Source: Camelus ferus
Taxonomy: Eukaryota
DNA: 64,000 bases
Reading direction: 5' to 3'
NCBI RefSeq assembly: GCF_009834535.1
Contig: NC_045696.1
Span: 58,840,001 to 58,904,000 of the forward strand
In this document: piece after piece, positions 27,180 to 40,256 of the stretch
Layout of the letters: every line of letters begins with the position of its first letter
Numbering within the stretch: the first letter of the stretch is position 1
Translations under genes and position numbers: made by a program
Notes under the pieces: model-generated
The model's input: only the letters and a program-made list of their open reading frames with translations
Told to the model about the DNA's origin: nothing
Databases searched by the model: none

Positions 27180-27830
27180 GAAAAACTAAAAATAGAGTTA
27201 CCGTATGATCCAGCAACCCCACTCCTGGACATATATCTGGAGAAAACTCCAACTTGAAAATATACATGCACCCCAATGTTCAAAGCAGCACTATTTACAA
27301 CAGCCATGATGTGGAAGCAACCTAAATGTCCATCGACAGATGACTGGATAAAGAAGCTATGGTATATATACACAATGGAATACTACTCAGCCACAAAGAA
27401 GAATGAAACAATGCCATTTGCAGCAACAGGGATGAACCTAGAGATCACCACATTAAGTGAAGTAAGTCAGACAGAGAAAGACAAATACCATATGATATCA
27501 CTTATTATGTGGAATCTAAAAAAATGACACAAATGAACTTATTTACAAAACAGAAACAGACTCACAGACATAGAAAACAAACTTATGGTTACCAAAGGGG
27601 AAGGGAGGGAGAGGGATAAACTGGGAGTATGGGATTAACAGATACAAACTACTATATACAAAATAAACAAGGTTCTACCGCATAACACAGGGGAAAATAT
27701 TCAATAGCTTCTAATAGCCTATAATAAAAATATGAAAAAGAATATATATACATGTAACTGAATCACTATGCTGTACACCATAAACTAACACAACATTGTT
27801 TATCAACTATACTTCAATTTTTTTAAAAAA
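27180..27830 (+). mobile_element. LINE-1 3' end
   Basis: ORF track 27276-27527 is the L1 ORF2 C-terminal peptide. The 3' UTR ends 'aactatacttcaatt'. Confidence 0.9.
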
Positions 27831-29899
27831 GTCTCCATCTGTAGGAAACCGCATGGTCTATTATTCAGGAATCTGATGCTTTTTCCTAGCTTCATGTGAA
27901 TTTTTTTATTTTTCAAAGTCTAAGGTTCCAAGTTATTTTACTATTATATTTTAAGATTTTATTTTTTCTGCTGGCTTCACATACCTTTTAAATTTAAAAA
28001 TTTAACAAATAAGTGTCCAGGAAAGGAAGGACCTGTTTCAAGAAACAGATCCTGTGTGGGACTTCATATACTCCCAATAACCACACTGAGATGGGCTTTC
28101 AGTTCAGAAGAGTTTTCTAGAATTTTGCCTGACTGTTCTGAGTTATGCGTTTCAATCTTCTCCACTTCTGGTAGCCTTACTTTTTGACAGGCTGTATACT
28201 TCAATCTGTTTTCTAGATTTCTTGGTTCTACTCTACTACTACTCTGTCAAGTTTCACTACTCTTCCTGTGTATTTTGCTTTTCTGCTGGACAGTCACTCA
28301 TGCATTAGCTAGTCCCTCAACACATAATATCTCTGATATGCTTGGCACTACCTATTTTGTAATGTCCTGTTTTACATTCAAAGGGTACACTATGAACAGT
28401 TCCGACGGATTCCGCTCTCAGACTGTAACTGAGAACTCCTGCCTTTCTTGACCCTTCAATATGTATCACCTATTTCTCTGCATTGTGGTCTCCTTCCTGC
28501 CCTGAACGGCCACTATTGATATTTTCAGTTCTTTTTTTTAAATTTCAGCACATTCCTTTCTACAGCGTTACCTGTCTTCTCTGAATACCATATCAATTTG
28601 CTTCTATTTGCCTGAGTTGTCAAGCAGTGAGGCCTGTGTGGGTGGACTCCTGTTTTCCACAGTCTCCCTCTTCTGTTCTCATGTTGTGACACTCATTAAC
28701 TATACCTAAGTTCTATTTCCCTCTGGTTTTCTGAAGCTGGTTTGTCAGGGTTTGTTGTCATTCCTGTTTGTGTTAGGTAACCCCACTATAACTCGCTCTG
28801 CTAGCTTTCCAGAAGTCTCTTTTAGAGGTGTGTTTTCTCCAAACAAGTCCTCAGAATAAAGGTAGTCTAAAATGTGCATACAGCTTGTGTTCAGGAGCTC
28901 CTTTTAAAAATTATTATTATTGAGAAATCAGCATGTTTTCCCAAGGAGGAAAAATATTACAGATGATACTTATGTCCCCAGAAGAGTTTAGAAAAGCAAA
29001 CTTACCATATAATGTGCCTAAAGTGTATAACTGTATTAATAACGCCACAGAGCCCAACCACCTAGTATCTATGTGGAAAAAAATCATCCAGTAATTGAGG
29101 TAAAAAGACAAAACCTGGCAGGGAGACGAGATGGGAACCCTCTTCTTAAGGACATTACAGGTTCTCAACAGTTTGCTATATTTTAGAAAACATCCAAACT
29201 CAGTTTCCTAAATATTTCATTAAAGGACCTGAAGAGAGTTGTGAGGTGAGGCATGATGAGTTAGACCAGAATATAGGGATTGGGCTTAGGAAACGACAAA
29301 AGCTGTCTCCTCTCCTTCACCACTTCTCCAGAACCAGATCTGCTTTTCAGATCCAGCCCTAAATCAACTCTAGGAAAAGATAACAAGTGAAATCTGTTTT
29401 TTCCTTCTTTCTGTAAATGAGAGAGTTCCAAGCATTAGAAATACCTGGAAGAGAATGAGACGGAAAGGGAGTGCCTGTGGTCCATTAGCCATTCAAAGAT
29501 GGACACTGGCAGGAAAATGATACATAGAGCAATGTACATAGGTTGAAGATGGTTTGTATCAGTCTCAACAATTAATGACTTCGCAGAGCCATACTTAACC
29601 TATTGGAATCCTCACTGTCAATGACAGAGGCACATCCACTTACGAGTATTTGAAAGTGTCTTTGCTATAATCACAGTCTTATGTTAACTAAATCTATTTA
29701 GAAATCCAAATTCTCTTAGAAATAATTTTAAAGTGCCATAAAATGGCATCAATCCACTAACTTCTAATCTTCACCTCACCTCTAACAAAGCTAGAAAGAT
29801 AGTCTGTCCTTATCCATGAATATCATGGATCCAAAAAAAAAGAATGAACTAAAAAGAAATCTTACCCATAGCTCATTACAGATGAATGGCATTTAAAAA

Positions 29900-30275
29900 A
29901 AATTGAGATATAATTCACACATCAGAAAATTTCACCTATTTAAAGTGTATAATTCAGTGATTTTTAATTATATTCCCAAGGTTGTGCAACTACACCATCA
30001 TCTAACTCAAGAATATTTTCATCACCTTAAAAAGAAATCCTGTACCCATTGGCAGTCACTCCCCATTCTCTCCTCCCTACAACCCATTGTAACCATTAAT
30101 CTACTATCTCTATGAATTTGCCTATTCTGGACATTTCATATAAATGGAATCAAACAACATGTGGCTTTTTGTTTCTGGCTTCTTTCACAAAGCATGTTTT
30201 AAAGATTCATCCATGTTATAACAAGTACCAGTAATTTATTCATTTTATGGTATGAAGATTATTTTATTTATTTAT
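29900..30275 (-). mobile_element. Old LINE-1 3' UTR fragment
   Basis: 'ttgagatataattcaca' and 'cctattctggacatttcatataaatggaatca'. Confidence 0.8.
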
Positions 30276-31989
30276 GAATGGCATTTAAAAATATGTTTTT
30301 GCTAGCTATGTTAATTAGCTCTCAGGATTACTCAAGATTCAACTCAAGACACACTGTATGTATTCACACACTGATCTCTTGGCCCACAAAGTTATAAGTA
30401 TTTTACTTTCTATCAATTTACAAATCATTGCATACATTATCATCTTCACTGTACTGTGTCCCTGTACTTTGGTAAATATTTCGTGGGCTTGCTGCCTAGC
30501 TCCACTTTTCTCTTCTCTCTAACTTCTCTATGGTTAATGTGATCTGCTCTTGTCCATAGGTGACTGGTCCAGGAATAAGCACCTGATTCAAACTAGACAA
30601 ATTAGGCCCTTCATCCAGAATATGGAAATGAAAATAAAAGATTGTTTTTAATTAGCTGCTCTCTTGACAGCAGAAATAATCTCAGGAGTTTTCTGTTACC
30701 ATTGTCTGCCATGTAGACTAAGAAACCAAAAAACCAGTCTGCAAGAAGAGAGGAATCAGAGAAAGAGGAGCTAGTAGAGAGAAAGAACTCTGATCACAGA
30801 CAAAGAAAGAGGACAGCAAAGACAAGAGACAATGCAAGAGCTCCTGGGATCCCTTTGGTGCTCCAGGCCATTCCTAAGGCCCAGCTGCATCCCTGCCCTG
30901 GATTCCATTGGACATACTATAACTTATAGTCAATTCCCCTTACAGTTTAAGTCAGTTAAGAAGGTTTCTATAATCTCCATGCAAGGACCCTAATATAATC
31001 ATCTACCCAGTAAGATTTTAATGTCTTTATTAGTGAGGGCTCAACCGCCACAGCACCCATTACAGCGACTCAAACACATACTTAATGATCACCTTGTGGA
31101 ATATTTTGAAAAATTACCTATAAAAAATACTCAAGACATTCTTGGATGAGTATGGGGGGTGGAATTAGGATTTCTGTCTATTTTATTAAAAAGCTAAATT
31201 ATTTTATCACAAACAATATATCTTTATACCTGTTTTATAAAAAAATCATTTAATTTCCTCAGAAACTAAATTGTTTTTCTGTATTACACTACTACATGCT
31301 CATTCACATTTGCTTAGTAAATATTCTTAAATTTTTGAAAAAGCAGAAGTGTTATATTTTCCTAAGAGGATATGAAGTTTCTTGAAAACTAGTAATCTCT
31401 ACTTCCTTTTTCAGCAAACTCCACAGAACCTTCTAAAGAATACTCATACAGATTATTATTCAGAATATTCATACAGAGATATGAATAGCTGACCTCCCTG
31501 GACTCATTTTTTTCCTCCTATAAACAGGATATACTGTCAAGCACTAATAATTCCCATAAGGATAACCTACCTGTAATTAAACAACACTAAGCACATGTAA
31601 TTATTACACCATGCAGGTTGGGTAGGCAATTCCTTAACGGACAGCTTAGGAAATGCAGTTCTAGTGAGTCTGCTCTCTTGTTCCAGGTTGAGAGCTCTAC
31701 TACCATCACTACCATCTGCAAAGCTAATTCCCAGCAGATTCCTGGGAGTCATCATTCATTTTGTGGAGTCCTTTTCCCAAAATCAAATCCAGGATTTGTC
31801 ACCTAATTGGTTCTTAATGGGGATAACAAAGATAAAACCAAAACTCCAAAATATTTTCTTAAATTCCTATCAAAAATTCTACAGGGATAAACAGACTAAT
31901 CCTTCCAAGTCTGAGACTTAGTTCCCAAGTGGATACGGTATCACACTATATAATGTCACTACCTTCCCTAAGGTATCATTACATTAAAA

Positions 31990-32345
31990 AAAATTATTTA
32001 TTTTTATTGAAGTATAGTTGATTTACAATGTTCTATTAGTTTCAGGTGTACAGCAAAGTGGGTCAGTTATGTATATGCATATATATATTCTTTTTCAGAT
32101 TCTTTTCCATTAAAGCTTATTACAATATATTGAATATAGTTCCTGGTGCTATACAGTAGGTCCTTGTTTATCTATTTTACACACAGTAGTGTATATATGT
32201 TAATCCCAAACTCCTAATTTATCCCTCCTCTGACCCCCTACCCTCTGGTAACCATAGTTTGTTTTCTGTCTGTGAGTCTATTTCCGTTTTGTAAATAAGC
32301 TCATTTGTATCATTTTTAAAAAATACATTCCACATATAAGTGAAG
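31990..32345 (-). mobile_element. LINE-1 3' UTR fragment
   Basis: 'ttattgaagtatagttgatttacaatgtt...tttcaggtgtacagcaaagtg'. Confidence 0.85.
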
Positions 32346-34024
32346 GATATCCCTAAATTTCAAAAATTATACCTCTAATATTACCAAGTCTTACAGAGAC
32401 ATAATCACGTTTAAATTATTATTAAATTACTGAAGTATTCCAGTTGGGTACAACATCTTACTGTATCAAGCACTGAGGCCATTTCTGATGGTTTTGACCC
32501 CTAACTTGCATTCTGTAGCTTGAGAGAACTATGAGACCAAAGCTCTAAGAGACAAGTGCTACTTATGTACTAATGCCCCTTTCCAAAAAAAAAATTTAAG
32601 CCTCAGTTTAAAATATGGCCCACACTAGAATTTGCTAAAGTTTCCTCAAATTCAAACTGTTAGGGCAGAAAGGGACTTTACAGATCTACTTTAGTCTAAT
32701 TATTTAACTAATGAGAAAATGAGGTGGACAAGAGTTGCCCAAATTCACAAAGTAAGTTGGTAAAATCAGCATGCTTAGAACAAGGACACTCAGACTCCAG
32801 CTGGAAGCTCATTTCATCATACCATCTACCTTAAATGTACAAGTATGGACAGTATTGAAATCTCTCTGCTCTCTGAGAGAAACAAATCAAAAATTACAAC
32901 TTTCTGCTTTCAGACATGAGGGTGACAAGTTGAGGTAATACATCTTATTTCATGGAGATATTTCTTAAATATCCTTCTGAATGTTCCAACAGGCTTGGCC
33001 TAGAGGCTAAACGAAATGAAACTGAATACCAGGTCTCTATGCAACCTGAAGATCTTTCACCACAATGAACTTGGCAGCTGTTGTGTGTGCCCAAAGCTAT
33101 CCCATCCCCCTTTTCCATTAACAAAGTCTACAATCCCGTGGCCAGAGGACGGGCATGTGTCCTAAGCCTGACTAATCAAGTATCTCACGTCACTGTTAAG
33201 AGTGGTTGGTTTAAATAAGGCCAATCAGAATCCTTCCCTAGAAGTGTGACACAGATGAGAAAAATAAACTCTCTCTCGGATTCCCACCATGTGGAGAAGG
33301 CAATCTGCAGCAGGAGAACCTAAGACCAATAATCAAATAGAAACTGAGCAGAGATGAGGGAAGGAAAGAGAGTGCAGCAATGTCCAATCTTTGGTTCTCA
33401 TTCCTGAGCTGGTTCCTTTGATTTTGTGAGCTAACCCTATATCTTTAGCAACTACAGAAGCGAGTAAATTTCTTATTTTTGCTTAAAATAACTTGAATTG
33501 GGTTTCCATCACTTGTAACTTAAAAATCCTAACATATGTTTAATCAGGACTAGATATATACATTACCCTTAATACAGAGAAATTAATAAACCATCACTTA
33601 AAATATTTTTTGGAGACTTCTAGACAGCCTGTACTGTTTCTTATACCTATCACTCCTGACATCCTACACTGACCAACTTCACTGTTTCCATTATATGCCT
33701 GGCTCCTGAGAGTATCTTAGTTTGCTAACACTTTCCTAGGATGTCCTTAGAATTTTTTTTTAAACCTAACATAAACTTGTTTCATTTGATTTCCAATGAA
33801 AGTTGAATGTAAAATATATTCCAGGTAACATAAATTAAATGAAATTTTACTTTATCTAGAATGTTGAAAACATAAACTAAGTATCAACATTATGCATAGC
33901 ATGCTGAGGCAACTCTTCAACATTTAAAGCAAATCCAACAGAAACATGGCTACTTTCAATATAATTTGGTAGCTGGTTTTTCATTTGACAACAAAAGAAA
34001 TCAACAACAAATCTCAGGACCCAC

Positions 34025-34143
34025 CTCCAATAAGGCTCCAGTTTGGAAGAATTTCAAAGGCTTTTCAATGGAATAATAAAGGCTATGATAGCTACCCTTA
34101 GCCAGGTATGCTCTGACCAGACCAACAGGCTATAACGAGCCAC
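34025..34143 (-). CDS. HACD2: HACD2 exon 2 ([39 protein letters not shown]), with an apparent +1 insertion near 34127-34129
   Basis: Acceptor ttcttag| at 34144-45 and donor |gtgggt at 34024. The translation matches mammalian HACD2 if one base of 'gcct' is removed. Length is 119 nt where 118 is expected. Confidence 0.92.
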
Positions 34144-36816
34144 CTAAGAAAAAGAGCAATCAGGAAAAAAAAAAAAAAAAAGGTTAAGTAGGATTATAAT
34201 ATAAAGATATGGCAATGACAGATACTGCTAAAGGTGACCTCAAGAATCAGTGCCCTAGATTTATCAACTACTACTTTCAAGTGCCAACTGTATGTAATGC
34301 ACAGAAATGTTGCACCACCAACAGCACCCTGCCAAGAGTGCTTTCTGCAAAAGTACAGTGGCACCTCACCCATCTGGAGCTCAGCCTTTTGGCAAATTTG
34401 CCTGTTGAGAACAAGGCCAGAGGAAGGGAATAAGCTAAATTAGGTCCTTGAACAGCTAAATCAGGTGCCAGAAAGTCCAAGACAAGAGAAAAATACCACT
34501 CAGGGAAAATTTTAAACACCCTGTGCAGTTAAAAGAGTCTGTAATAACAACAGGGTGGAAGGAAGATGTTTTAAACTATTTATACAAGAATCTCACTGAA
34601 ACATACCCATACTTTAAAATCTATTATTTTAAAAGATTGCAAATGACATACAAATACTTTTTTTTTTAAAGAATACGAGGTTTTATTTTTAGCTGAGTTT
34701 CCCAAAATCAATTCAGTAAAGAAAGACTGATATAAAGAAAGATCAATATAAAACACAAAACAGGGAAGCACTTAAGCATATGGCTCAGAACGTTACATTT
34801 CTGTTCCACTGTCCTTCAAAATTTTTCTATTCTACTGTCCTTCAAAATCAATTTCCTGAGAAATTTCATTATGGAAAAAGTTCATTATGGAACTTTTTAT
34901 TTGTTAGGTTCCATAATGAAAAAATAGACCTTTATTAAGGTATGTCTCCTTGAAGGTGGTAATAGATTTATTTATATGTACAATCTTAACTAGGCAATGA
35001 GGTATGTGGTCTCTGTTATTTCTAGAAACAAGCAAGAGTTTGTAAAAGAAGAAATTAATTCCTTAATGGTGTAACTGGTCCAGCATTAGCAGCCTCGAAA
35101 AAAAAGCTTACTTTATTCTCACAACCCCAACTTCTCTTCCTGATTTAAGACACCACTCCTTACCCTCCACCCCATTCTCTATGTTCATGGCTCAGAAATG
35201 AAGACTTCTTTTCCTCTTCCCTAATGTACCTGAAAATCCCTCTCCATTACAATGCTCTCATCAATGCCCTTGCTAAGATGACGAGAATTTTATTTATAAA
35301 TATACAAACAGATACACACTCCTGAATATTCTTTTAAAATTATACTGCGATCGTTCAGCTGATCAAGAAAATTTGCATCTCTAATATTTCTTCATTGGCC
35401 TGTGAGTCAAGAGAAATAGGTTCTAGATCCAGAAATACTACCTGGTTCTTTGACCTCAAGCAAGTCAAGTAAGTTACAACTTCCTGGAGCCTAGGTTTCA
35501 GTACTGGCTATTTCTAATACTAGCAATAAAGCCTATGATCCTCTCAAGATATGTTTTTGTGTATGTGTGTGTGTGTGTGTGTATGAAAAAAGGTGCTGAA
35601 ATGCTAATATGACATTAGTATTTGTATTTTTAAAAGGGTGGTGGTGGTGATGTATACACATATTTGCTTGTATTAGTATCTGAAATATACACAAAATTAT
35701 CTGCCTTCCAGTTCGAGGAATTCTGGGTGGAACGGAAGGTAAAAGGGAGTATTTTTTTCATTGTACACCCTTGAATATATTTTGGATTTTGCACCTGGAC
35801 AATGTACTGCCTATTTAAAAAATAAGTAAATAAAACTAGATGTTCATTATACAGTTCTTTAAATTTTTGTTTGAATTTTTTCATAATAAAAGGTTAAGAA
35901 AAAACTTTTACAATACAATTTAAAAAGACATAACAAATAATCTGATCCTGTGATCTTCGTCACCAAAAATTACGGGATCAAAAACTGGAAGAACTTTGGA
36001 GATCATCTGGCTCAACTCTAGTTTCTACAGGTGAAAAAAATGGAGGCCCAGAGAAATAAAATGATTTATCCAAGATCACACAGCTAGTTCGTGTCACAAC
36101 TAGAACTAAAAACTCACTGTGACAAGGAATGGAATGAAATGAGAGAGAAACAAGAGGGGGTAAAATCCGTTTCCAGGGTCTATTCCCCTCCTCCCCAGTT
36201 ACTCTGCCTTCCACCTGCAGTGTTTTCCCCACCCCAATCCATCCTAAAAAGTCTATAAACTCCTCTAAAGCACGCGCCTGCTCATGCCACTGGGCAAAAA
36301 CTTTGAATGCGTTTCCATTACCTCTCACATTAAAGCTCAGCCTGGAATTTGAAAACAGCCGCCTCAATAAATGGTCACTCTGCAGCCAACGGTCCCTCCA
36401 CTCCCTTTGCGGGGAAGACCTCGCTATTCGTGACTTGCCGCCTGGGCTCTCTGCGCTGCAGGATCGCCCTGCACACCGCCCTCCAGACCTGGCCCTGTGG
36501 CTAGCCCACCTGTCCTCTTAAGGCCCTCCAGACCAGCACCTGGGGAGCCTTCCCCAATCCCTCTTGGAGCCGCGGAACTCCAGCTCGGGGCACACCCGGT
36601 GCCGGGGAACTTGCTCGACCCCCGGCCCAGGAGAGAGTTCCGGGCAGGCACCGGGAAGATTCCGCCTCGGTTGCCCTCAGCGCCCAGGTGCCGGGGCCCG
36701 GACACCCGCCGCCGGGGCTGCACTGCGCGCGGCGGACTACGCCGGGCCGCTCCGCCGGCCGCAGAGCCCCCTCCCCGGCCAAGCTCTATCCCCGCCTTCC
36801 CGGGCCCCAGCCTCAC

Positions 36817-36970
36817 CCCGCGGTCATCACCACATTGTAGATGACCAGGTACGCCGTGGCCAGAGGCCCCGGACCCTTCTTCTTCCGCGAGCCGCTAGCT
36901 TCGCCGGCTCCAGCCCGGCCCCCGCCGCCCCCATTCCCTTCGTCGCTGCAGTCGCCGCCGCTGCCGCCAT
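36817..36970 (-). CDS. HACD2: HACD2 (very-long-chain 3-hydroxyacyl-CoA dehydratase 2, PTPLB) exon 1 coding part, with an apparent -1 deletion at 36936-36938
   Basis: ATG at 36970 reads [11 protein letters not shown]. After a frame slip it reads [40 protein letters not shown]. Donor |gtgagg at 36816. Length is 154 nt where 155 is expected. Confidence 0.93.
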
Positions 36971-37104
36971 GTCAAGTGCCGTGAGGCCAGTCTCCTCGCG
37001 CGAGCACCACCGCCCGGACTGGGCACTGCAGGGCGGTGGAGGGAGGGACGAGGGGGAGGCGGGGCCGAGGCCGCGGGGCGGAGCCAGGGACAGTACCCAC
37101 GTCG

Positions 37105-37248
37105 GCCGCCATTTTGGAGGAGGGCAAAGACTCTCGCGGCGCTCTTTGCCCCTCCGCTCGCCTCAGTTGCCGCCGCCATCTTGGATCAGGGTAATCACCG
37201 CCTTCTTTGCGCTGACGATAATAACCTCTCACTCCATCTTGGATTAGG
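37105..37248. promoter_or_regulatory. Cluster of YY1-type motifs
   Basis: gccgccatttt (37105-37115), gccgccatctt (37172-37182) and ccatcttgg (37234-37242). The YY1 consensus is CCGCCATNTT. Confidence 0.65.
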
Positions 37249-38029
37249 TCAATGTCGCCTTTGGCTGCCCTCGCCAGGCTTGCTGTTTTTACTTCGCCCT
37301 CCCTGGTTACTCTCTCTCGTATAATTGCCGCCTCTCTGTTGGATTAAGAAAATGTTGCTTTCATTCTCCTTTCTTATCGTCACTTCTCCCAGTGGCAGTA
37401 TCTTCACCTCTATACACGCGGTTCGAATAACCTGCCATTTTGGGTCGGGGCAATAGACGCTGATTTCGTTTCCCATCATCCCCAGAGGCTGGGGGGAGTT
37501 GCTCGTCTTAACTGGTAGATTCTGAAGTAGTAGCCAGGTTGACGGTTCAGTCGCCGCAGGTTTATTACTTTTGCCTTTTGACTTTAAGTTATTCGTACAG
37601 TGAAGGTCAACAAGTTTGCCCCTTACCTATACGATGAAAGTCGCACGTTTGGCCTAGGAGCCAGTGTCGTCTGTGAGGGCTTGGAGGTGCCCAAGAGCGT
37701 TTCCAGCTCTAAGCCGCGTGGGCTCGCCCGTCGCCGAGGCAGGACGAGGATGAGGTGATAAGGCTGTCGGCTAAGGGTGAGGTGCAGAGTCCAACGAGCT
37801 TTCCACCCACAGTAGCTCAAAATAGAGGGATGTTGGCATATATGGAAAACCTGTCCGCTTAAGGAAAGCGGGACAGCTTGTGGAAACTGCTTCAACCAGC
37901 TGACCCCACTTTCCATTCACTGGTTTGTTCTAGGGTTTTTATTTTGGTTTGTAAAAGTCTCCTAACGGTCAGTTTTCACATACTCATAAACATAAATTAA
38001 TTACTGTACATGCGATGGTATAAAATACT

Positions 38030-39480
38030 CTTTCCAGCAAGTATTTATGGAGCGTCTGCGAGATTGCTTTGTGGTTCTTGGCACTAAATGAAAGACAAAT
38101 CCTCCATCTCCCAAAGGTTATATAGAGGGAACCAGATAAAAAGAATATGTATTAGTTGGTGAAAAGTGTTATCAATTAGGAAGTTGTTGCAGTAATCCAG
38201 GCCATAGTGATAGTGGTTTGGGCCAGGGTAGTTACAAATGAGGTGATGAAAACTGAATTGAAATCTGGACATACTTTGGTAGAGCTGCAAGATTTGTTGA
38301 TATAGTAGATGTGGATTAAGAGGTAAAAGAGACATTATGAGTAACTTTGAATAATTGAGTTGTAGAAGAAGTGATTTTGAAGGCAGAAATCAGCAAGTCT
38401 GTTTTTCACTTGTTGAGTTGGAAGTCTGTTAGACATCCAGCTGGAGAGGTTGAGTAGACAACTAGATTTAGACACTGAGGTTGCAGGAAGAAATGTGGAC
38501 TAGAGATATAAATCTGAGAGTCATCAGGGTTGGGAAGCTATTTAGAGTCATGACACATCTAGAGATTGAGGTATAGCAACTAAACAATGGTCAGAGCCTG
38601 ATCCTTACAGTCCCACAGGTTGTGCAGAGATCCTGTTGCCTGATTGTCCTAACTTCTTTTAAAGAGCAAGTTGGTGTACTCGAATTACAGACTGATCAGA
38701 GGGGAAAAAAATTGCAAAGGAAATAAAGAAGTGAGCCATCTTGCAAAGCAAATAATCACCCGTCTAAAAGCTTCTTTCATTCGTTTAATGATTTTTCCCC
38801 CAATATAACCTACTTAGTGGGAAAGTAGGAGGCAGGAATGCATGAAGCTCTGTCTGTTGGAAATCAATTTAAAACTCAGTGTATCTTCTTACAGTTGCTT
38901 AGGCCCAGCTCCAGCCTGTTCCCTACAGTACAGTCACAGTGATCTTTTCCAAATACAAACTTGTTCATATCTACTACCTCTCCCCTCTCCACTCCTTTAA
39001 GACATTTAAGTGGCTTTTAAAGGCAATTAAGATAAAGTATAAAATATTTAACGGGACCTACAATAATGTGCATGGTCTTGCCCCTACCTGCTTCTTTAGT
39101 CTCAGTCACACCATGCTCTCCCTAGGCATACTGGCTTTATCTTAGGTCTTCCAGTGACTGATGAGCCTTTCTACCACAGGGACTTTGAACTTGTTATTGT
39201 GTCTACCTAGAATCTTTATTCCTATCTTCCTCCTGACCTAAATTCACCATCAGTTTCCCTTAACTGGAATGAATCATTCTCCTTTCCATAGTCTCCATGT
39301 ACTTCCTCTCATGACATAGACCATGGTAATTCTGTATTTACTTGTGTGATTTCTCTCCCTCACTAGACTACAAGTTTATAAGAAAGGAGCAGGGTATTTT
39401 CTTGGTGGTAGTGGTTTGTTTGAGTTGTTTGTGTTTGTGTTTTTCCCCCTCATTGCCTGACACATTGCCTGGCAACATGA
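38030..39480. mobile_element. LINE-2 fragments
   Basis: 'ttgcagtaatccagg', 'tgttgagttggaagtctgttagacatccag' and 'cactagactacaagt...tgcctgacacattgcctggca'. Confidence 0.55.
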
Positions 39481-39637
39481 CTCAGTCTGGATCAAACATG
39501 GTTTCCCTAGCAAAAGTAATTATTTCAAGGACTTGGGACTATCATGACACAGAGTACATTAGAGTCCTTCTGTGAAATTAATATAAGTATGCTCAGGTGT
39601 ACTGTTTGTCTTTTTGTCAGGATTATTAAAGATAAGA

Positions 39638-39798
39638 GGAGGGGAGTGTATAGCTCAAGAGACAAAGGCACATGCTTAGCATACACAAGGTCCTGGGTTC
39701 AATCCCCAGAACCTCCTCTAAAAATAAGTAAATTAGTAAACCTAATTACCTCCCCCCCCAAAAAAAATTAAAAAACATTTTTTAATTAAAAAAAAAAA
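39638..39798 (+). mobile_element. tRNA-derived SINE (camelid Vic-1-like)
   Basis: 'ggggagtgtatagctcaag...gtcctgggttcaatccccag...taaacctaattacctccccc' plus poly(A). Flanked by aaagataag repeats (39628-39636 / 39797-39805). Confidence 0.88.
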
Positions 39799-40256
39799 AG
39801 ATAAGGAGATGTAGGTGCCCCAGGCTCCAGACAATCATCTTGCCTTCCATGTGGAAAGAGAAGAAACCAAGCAAACAAAAGAGGGAGTGTGTGTCTTAAG
39901 GGCTATGAGTCTTGGTTCCAGTTCCTGAGGCCTGGTACTTGATGCTTTTCCTTCAGTTTTTGTGGGTTTTCACCTTATTCTTAACAGCAAGGGAATCAAT
40001 GCATTTCTTTTGCTTAACCTGGCAGTCCCAGGACAAAAAAACATGACTTTCCCATTTATTCCAGTACCAGTCCTGGAAATAATCTCATTAGTTTGAGTCA
40101 CATGCCTGTCACTGAATATGCTGATTGGCCAGGTCTCTGTCATATACCCGTAGTGGAAGGAGGGATGCTTCGCCCAAACTGTGTAAGACAAGATAATGAA
40201 TCAGGTTCTTAGTTATAGGTTGAAAGTATTATCTGAAAAGACAAATCAGCTCTCAT

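Larger units (their letters stand above)
36350..37800. promoter_or_regulatory. CpG island spanning HACD2 exon 1 and its promoter
   Basis: High GC and dense CpG against a CpG-depleted background. GC boxes (gaggcgggg ~37057, ggggcggag 37075-37083) and no obvious TATA box. Confidence 0.9.

Noticed and set aside
34127..36938. Functional compensatory frameshift or programmed recoding in HACD2
   Set aside because: Three stop codons lie in the shifted segment and no slippery heptamer is evident.
36424..37247. Long overlapping ORFs in the CpG island (227 aa plus strand; 130, 115 and 94 aa)
   Set aside because: Stop-poor GC-rich sequence overlapping or antisense to HACD2 exon 1, with no recognisable domain.
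39641..39716. tRNA-like A and B boxes (also at ~8320 and ~56070)
   Set aside because: Followed by a SINE body and poly(A), with target-site duplications in two copies. These are SINEs, not tRNA genes.
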